This document shows, in pieces, positions 62,091-64,000 of a stretch of DNA of 64,000 nucleotides; position 1 is the first letter of the stretch, and the number at the start of each line of letters is the position of its first letter. Location: positions 4,118-68,117 of IMG/VR virus record IMGVR_UViG_3300030376_001752, one strand, 5' to 3'. Under the pieces are notes generated by a model. That model was not told the DNA's origin. It saw only the letters and a program-made list of their open reading frames with translations, and ran no database searches. The position numbers and the translations under genes were made by a program. Origin of the DNA: a virus (taxonomy: Duplodnaviria > Caudoviricetes).

Positions 62091-62674
62091 TGAAGGGAAT
62101 TTATAACTTTGTTATCGAGCCTGTAGGCGAGAGATACAATAATGTAAAAAAAATAGGTGATAAAGATCTAATACTAAATACTAAGATGTTTACACATCAA
62201 TTTGTAAACAGAGAAGGTTTAGTGTTAGAAACACCTATTATAAACGATACTGGTATACAAAAGGGAGATATAGTTGTAGTTCATCATAACATTTTTAGAC
62301 GTTACCAAGATATAAGAGGTGAAGAAAAAAATGGTAGATCATACTATAAAGACAACAAATATTTTGTTTTTAGTGACCAAATATTTTTATACAAAAGAAA
62401 TAATATAGCCTATCCATTAAAAGGGTATACTTTTGTAAAACCAATAGAATCAAATGATATTTTTAATTTAAGTAAAGAAACTGAGTTAATGGGTATAGTA
62501 AAACATACAGACTCTAACGACTTTAAAAAAGGTGATTTAGTTGGTTTTAAACCAAGTAGTGAATACGAGTTTGTCGTAGATGGAGAAAGGTTGTATAGAG
62601 TTTTAACACCAGCAATAACAGTTAATTATGAATATCAAGGAAACGAAAAAGAATATAATCCAAGCTGGGCATAG
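62090..62674 (+). CDS. Tandem GroES-like protein
   Basis: Two halves with GroES patterns ('IQKGDIVVVH'; 'PLKGYTFVKP...KKGDLVGF...VDGERLY'). Confidence 0.55.
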   Translation: MKGIYNFVIEPVGERYNNVKKIGDKDLILNTKMFTHQFVNREGLVLETPIINDTGIQKGDIVVVHHNIFRRYQDIRGEEKNGRSYYKDNKYFVFSDQIFLYKRNNIAYPLKGYTFVKPIESNDIFNLSKETELMGIVKHTDSNDFKKGDLVGFKPSSEYEFVVDGERLYRVLTPAITVNYEYQGNEKEYNPSWA

Positions 62675-62903
62675 AGCAGTCGAGGAGCTTATTAAAGTTG
62701 CTAAAGAAGCTATTGTAGATTCTGACGATGATATATCAGCTGATAGATTAAAAAATGCTGCAGCTACAAAAAAGCTAGCTATATTCGATGCTTTTGAAAT
62801 ATTAAACAGAATACAAGACGAGCAAGACATGCTTGACGGTAAAGCAAAAGAAGAAAAGAAGGAAGAAACTTTTGGTGGTTTTGCAGAAAGAAGATCTAAG
62901 TAA
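62628..62903 (+). CDS. Putative terminase small subunit
   Basis: 91-aa helical protein whose stop overlaps the terL ATG. Confidence 0.55.
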   Translation: MNIKETKKNIIQAGHRAVEELIKVAKEAIVDSDDDISADRLKNAAATKKLAIFDAFEILNRIQDEQDMLDGKAKEEKKEETFGGFAERRSK

Positions 62904-64000
62904 TGTACGAGCAGACTTTATACAAGGTTATAGAACCTATAAAAATAAACGTAATAAAACGGCTTAATAAAAAGAAAGCATGGGATTACGGATATAACAA
63001 GGAACATGATGTTATAGTTATATCAAAAACTGGTCAAATTGGTGAAGTATATGATATACAAAATTTAAAAATAGCTTTACCTAAAATACCGAAAGAAGTA
63101 CATAAATTTGAGACTGATAGGTGGGAGGTAACAGAATATCCAAAAGAATTAAATAGAATTAAAACTATATTTGATTGGAAGCAATACCCACAAGATTTTA
63201 AAAATAAATATATAGATTATATTGAGAATGAGTTTAAGAAAAGAGAAGAAGGTTTTTGGTATTATAACAAAGGTAATCCTACTTACATTACTGGCACTCA
63301 TTATATGTACTTGCAGTGGTCTAAAATTGACGTCGGGAAACCAGACTTTCGGGAAGCAAATAGATTATTCTACATTTTCTGGGAAGCTTGTAAGGCAGAT
63401 AAACGATCCTATGGGATGTGTTACCTTAAGAACAGACGTTCCGGGTTTTCTTTCATGGCCTCTGGAGAGGTGGTCAACTTGGCAACCATATCAAGTGACT
63501 CCAGGTATGGTATATTATCAAAGTCCGGTCCTGATGCTAAGAAGATGTTCACAGACAAGGTGGTACCCATATCGGTTAATTATCCCTTCTTTTTCAAACC
63601 CATCCAGGACGGAATGGACCGTCCAAAGACCGAGCTTGCCTTCCGTGTCCCCGCGTCCAAGCTCACAAGACGGAACATTACAAGTTCCGATAAACCCGAA
63701 GCCCTACAGGGTCTTGACACCACCATCGATTGGAAGAATACCGGTGACAACTCCTACGATGGGGAGAAACTCAAACTCCTCGTACATGATGAATCGGGGA
63801 AGTGGGAACGTCCGAACAACATCCTCAACAACTGGAGGGTTACGAAAACCACATTAAGATTAGGTAGTAGAGTAATTGGTAAGTGTATGATGGGATCAAC
63901 ATCAAATGCTTTAGACAAAGGAGGAGATAACTTTAAAAGACTTTATAATGCATCAGATGTTACTAAACGAAATAGAAATGGACAAACAAGCTCAGGCCTA
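62903..64000 (+). CDS. terL: Terminase large subunit (3'-truncated; missing from ORF track)
   Basis: ATG at 62903, open to the window end; Walker A variant 'KNRRSGFS', Walker B 'LLVHDESGK', 'MGST'. Confidence 0.9.
   Translation, partial: MYEQTLYKVIEPIKINVIKRLNKKKAWDYGYNKEHDVIVISKTGQIGEVYDIQNLKIALPKIPKEVHKFETDRWEVTEYPKELNRIKTIFDWKQYPQDFKNKYIDYIENEFKKREEGFWYYNKGNPTYITGTHYMYLQWSKIDVGKPDFREANRLFYIFWEACKADKRSYGMCYLKNRRSGFSFMASGEVVNLATISSDSRYGILSKSGPDAKKMFTDKVVPISVNYPFFFKPIQDGMDRPKTELAFRVPASKLTRRNITSSDKPEALQGLDTTIDWKNTGDNSYDGEKLKLLVHDESGKWERPNNILNNWRVTKTTLRLGSRVIGKCMMGSTSNALDKGGDNFKRLYNASDVTKRNRNGQTSSGL
63228..63857 (+). CDS. Candidate overprinted (+1 frame) lipoprotein inside terL
   Basis: 209 aa: basic N-region, hydrophobic helix, 'IICTC|SG', Pro/Ser/Thr/Arg-rich tail; terL third positions turn C/G-rich over most of this span. 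Confidence 0.5.
   Translation: MSLRKEKKVFGIITKVILLTLLALIICTCSGLKLTSGNQTFGKQIDYSTFSGKLVRQINDPMGCVTLRTDVPGFLSWPLERWSTWQPYQVTPGMVYYQSPVLMLRRCSQTRWYPYRLIIPSFSNPSRTEWTVQRPSLPSVSPRPSSQDGTLQVPINPKPYRVLTPPSIGRIPVTTPTMGRNSNSSYMMNRGSGNVRTTSSTTGGLRKPH

Noticed and set aside
1-64000. Stop-codon reassignment (as in some crAss-like phages)
   Set aside because: Very long ORFs are intact under code 11, and genes ending in TAG or TGA abut the next gene normally.

Overview
Almost the whole genome of an AT-rich, probably podovirus-like, tailed phage. The host is most likely a Bacteroidota/Flavobacteriia bacterium, inferred from A-rich Shine-Dalgarno-less starts, Gln-after-signal-peptide secreted proteins and a Flavobacterium-type RNR. 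Layout: (+) 1-26.65 kb scaffold, major capsid, tail/head-tail proteins, ejection proteins including a 2802-aa polyprotein, an envelope/lysis module; (-) 26.7-44.7 kb class Ia RNR, a TS-fold enzyme with the cytosine-specific Asp, MazG-like proteins, primase-helicase, SSB, ERF/exonuclease, sigma factor, ligase, then an early region of small genes and tRNA-like RNAs; (+) 45-64 kb GroEL/GroES, holin, tail fibres/spike, terminase (truncated by the window). No DNA polymerase, integrase or CRISPR array was seen. Strongest leads: (1) the giant virion protein appears to be a polyprotein with a zincin protease, a sigma-70 region-2-like domain and a HAD phosphatase, delimited by four KRS[L/I] motifs, and may pair with six near-identical non-host-type early promoters, suggesting an injected sigma factor; (2) a set of tRNA mimics: a 161-nt mini-tmRNA, two acceptor-plus-T-arm minihelices and an atypical tRNA(CAT), all four followed by the same N73-CTAA trailer; (3) +1-frame overprinted ORFs inside terL and nrdA with local codon shifts; (4) twin 47-bp palindromic elements heading the middle and late operons. 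All family assignments come from motif recognition by eye; no database searches were run.
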